Source of the DNA: Ignavibacteria bacterium | GTDB taxonomy: Bacteria > Bacteroidota > Ignavibacteria > Ignavibacteriales > SURF-24 | Direction of reading: 5' to 3' | NCBI GenBank assembly: GCA_037140715.1 | Contig: JBAXDX010000003.1 | Coordinates: forward strand, 1 to 60,537 | DNA length: 60,537 nucleotides | Shown: one piece after another, positions 59,087-60,537 of the stretch | Position numbering within the stretch: position 1 is the stretch's first letter | Layout: every line of letters starts with the position of its first letter | Translations under genes and position numbers: made by a program | Notes under the pieces: generated by a model | The model's input: only the letters and a program-made list of their open reading frames with translations | Told to the model about the DNA's origin: nothing | Databases searched by the model: none

Positions 59087-60462
59087 AGTAATAAACTCTG
59101 AATAAAATTCGTAATAAAACCTTTTATCATCGGATTCTTAGGGCTTACAGTCGCAGTCTCCGCCGAAACAAGCGTAAGCAGAATCATCACTATCATAATG
59201 AACATCGCTATAAATACCTGAATAAGTTCAATGATATTTTTTAATTTATAGGTAGTCTCGCTTTCGTAATAATTAGCCAGTTGTAAAGCCGTATTCTTAA
59301 TAGTTCCTGTCTCTTCGCCGGAATGGAATCTCGAAAGAGCAGTTTCAGTAAACACCTGGCTTGCAGCAAAGGACTCAGTAATGCCCATACCTTTTTGAAT
59401 CATCAACGGAATAGCTACGTTTTTAATCCTGTCTTCAAAATATGAATTGTCAGTAGCTTCGGCGGCTATTTTAACCGGCTCTATACTTTCCGCAGAACCG
59501 CTGTACATAGTATAGAATACACGGCAGAAAACTTCGATAAGCGTTTTGTGTATCAGAACTCCTACGAATGGAATCTTAAGCATGTTCTTATCCAGAAATA
59601 ATCTCCCCTTTTTCGTTAAAGAAACACGCCAGAGAATTACCGGAGGAACTACCATTGACAAAGTAACGAGCAGTTTATTGCCAAGTAGAAAATCACTTAT
59701 CTTTAGGGTGAAAGCTGTCATGGGAGGCAGAGTCATTCCAAACTTAACGAACATCTTTGCCGTTTCAGGAAAGATGTACCCGACATAAAAAAGAACGGCA
59801 AGCATAAGAACAAATATCGTTACAAACGGAGAAATAAGCGCGCTTTTAAGACTTTTCTTGAACTCCTGTCTCCGTTCCAAAAACTTTGCGGTTGCTCTGT
59901 ATATTTCAACCATGTTGCCGCTTTTACTTGCCAGCCCGAGCATATATGCTGTAAATTTACCAAATACCGACTGGTATCTCAGGAAGGTAGTTTCGCTGTC
60001 CGCGCCTTTTTTCAGGTCATTATTAATTTCTTTGAGGGACTCTCTTAGGGTTTTATTCTGGATATCATTAATTAAAAGGGTCATTACTTCGCTGTAGGCA
60101 AGTTTTTGTTCGAGGAGTTCGGCGCTTATTTTAACAAATGACACAATCTCCTGTTGCGGAGGTGCCATGTTAAAATCAAGCAGTTTTTTGTTTACAGAAA
60201 TAACGGTATAATTAAGTTTAGTAAGAGCCGCGGCAACTTCGGCTTTGGTAAATGCCTTCTGTTCGCCGGTTACAGGCTTCTCCTTTCCCTTCCTTACTTT
60301 ATAAAGGAAAGTATATTTCCGTTCTATGCTTTTTATTCTTAACTGATTCTTTTCGGCAAGCTTATGTATCTTGGTTTTGCCTTCTTTATAAGTCTCCGCC
60401 GTAAGCGAACCGGCAATTAACTGCCCTGTTGTCTTTTGTGCGGAAAATCTAAATTCTATCAT
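59083..60462 (-). CDS. pilC: PilC/GspF-family inner-membrane platform protein
   Basis: Two T2SSF repeats (SG....Y, LPPMT, GEETG) with three TMs. Confidence 0.88.
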   Translation of the reverse strand: MIEFRFSAQKTTGQLIAGSLTAETYKEGKTKIHKLAEKNQLRIKSIERKYTFLYKVRKGKEKPVTGEQKAFTKAEVAAALTKLNYTVISVNKKLLDFNMAPPQQEIVSFVKISAELLEQKLAYSEVMTLLINDIQNKTLRESLKEINNDLKKGADSETTFLRYQSVFGKFTAYMLGLASKSGNMVEIYRATAKFLERRQEFKKSLKSALISPFVTIFVLMLAVLFYVGYIFPETAKMFVKFGMTLPPMTAFTLKISDFLLGNKLLVTLSMVVPPVILWRVSLTKKGRLFLDKNMLKIPFVGVLIHKTLIEVFCRVFYTMYSGSAESIEPVKIAAEATDNSYFEDRIKNVAIPLMIQKGMGITESFAASQVFTETALSRFHSGEETGTIKNTALQLANYYESETTYKLKNIIELIQVFIAMFIMIVMILLTLVSAETATVSPKNPMIKGFITNFIQSLLL

Positions 60463-60537
60463 GCGTTATAATCGGATTAATCTGGCTCTATGTTGTTTAT
60501 AGTGGGTAATCATACTTTAATTTACCCGCCACAAAGT

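Noticed and set aside
367-60342. Numerous 60-150 aa ORFs antisense to or nested within long genes
   Set aside because: Shadow ORFs of well-supported genes, with no motifs or RBS support
60497-60537. C-terminus of an upstream gene (FVAGKLKYDYPL*)
   Set aside because: Too short at the window edge to assign

Overview
AT-rich bacterial chromosome segment. Gene content suggests an Ignavibacteria-like (FCB group) organism; this is inferred from the flagellar export operon, a group II GGGP synthase, a mitochondrial-type aconitase and a Bacteroidota-style promoter motif. From left to right: the 5' part of tRNA-Thr(UGU); a CHASE4-GAF-PAS-PAS histidine kinase split by an apparent 1-bp frameshift; a decayed IS3-family remnant; a surface-polysaccharide locus (Wzx, GT2/GT4, CgeB-like GT, DUF268, WcaJ); the flagellar fliLMNOPQR-flhBAFG operon with a candidate sigma54 promoter; aconitase, gmhA and GGGP synthase; a hybrid PAS kinase; a ~900-bp intergenic nest of repeats that includes a 10 x 21-bp quasi-palindromic array open as a Cys-rich peptide; nucleotidyltransferase-metK-ahcY; phoU convergent with pstSCAB1B2; a radical SAM + DUF6873-like pair; pepT, a CDF transporter and several small genes; and a type IV pilus-like operon (pilC, pilB, pilT, fused pilM/N, pilO-like, secretin) running into a three-gene phosphorelay, with a MITE/REP nest between pilB and pilT. 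No CRISPR array, prophage or complete mobile element was seen. All family assignments come from motif recognition by eye, not database searches.
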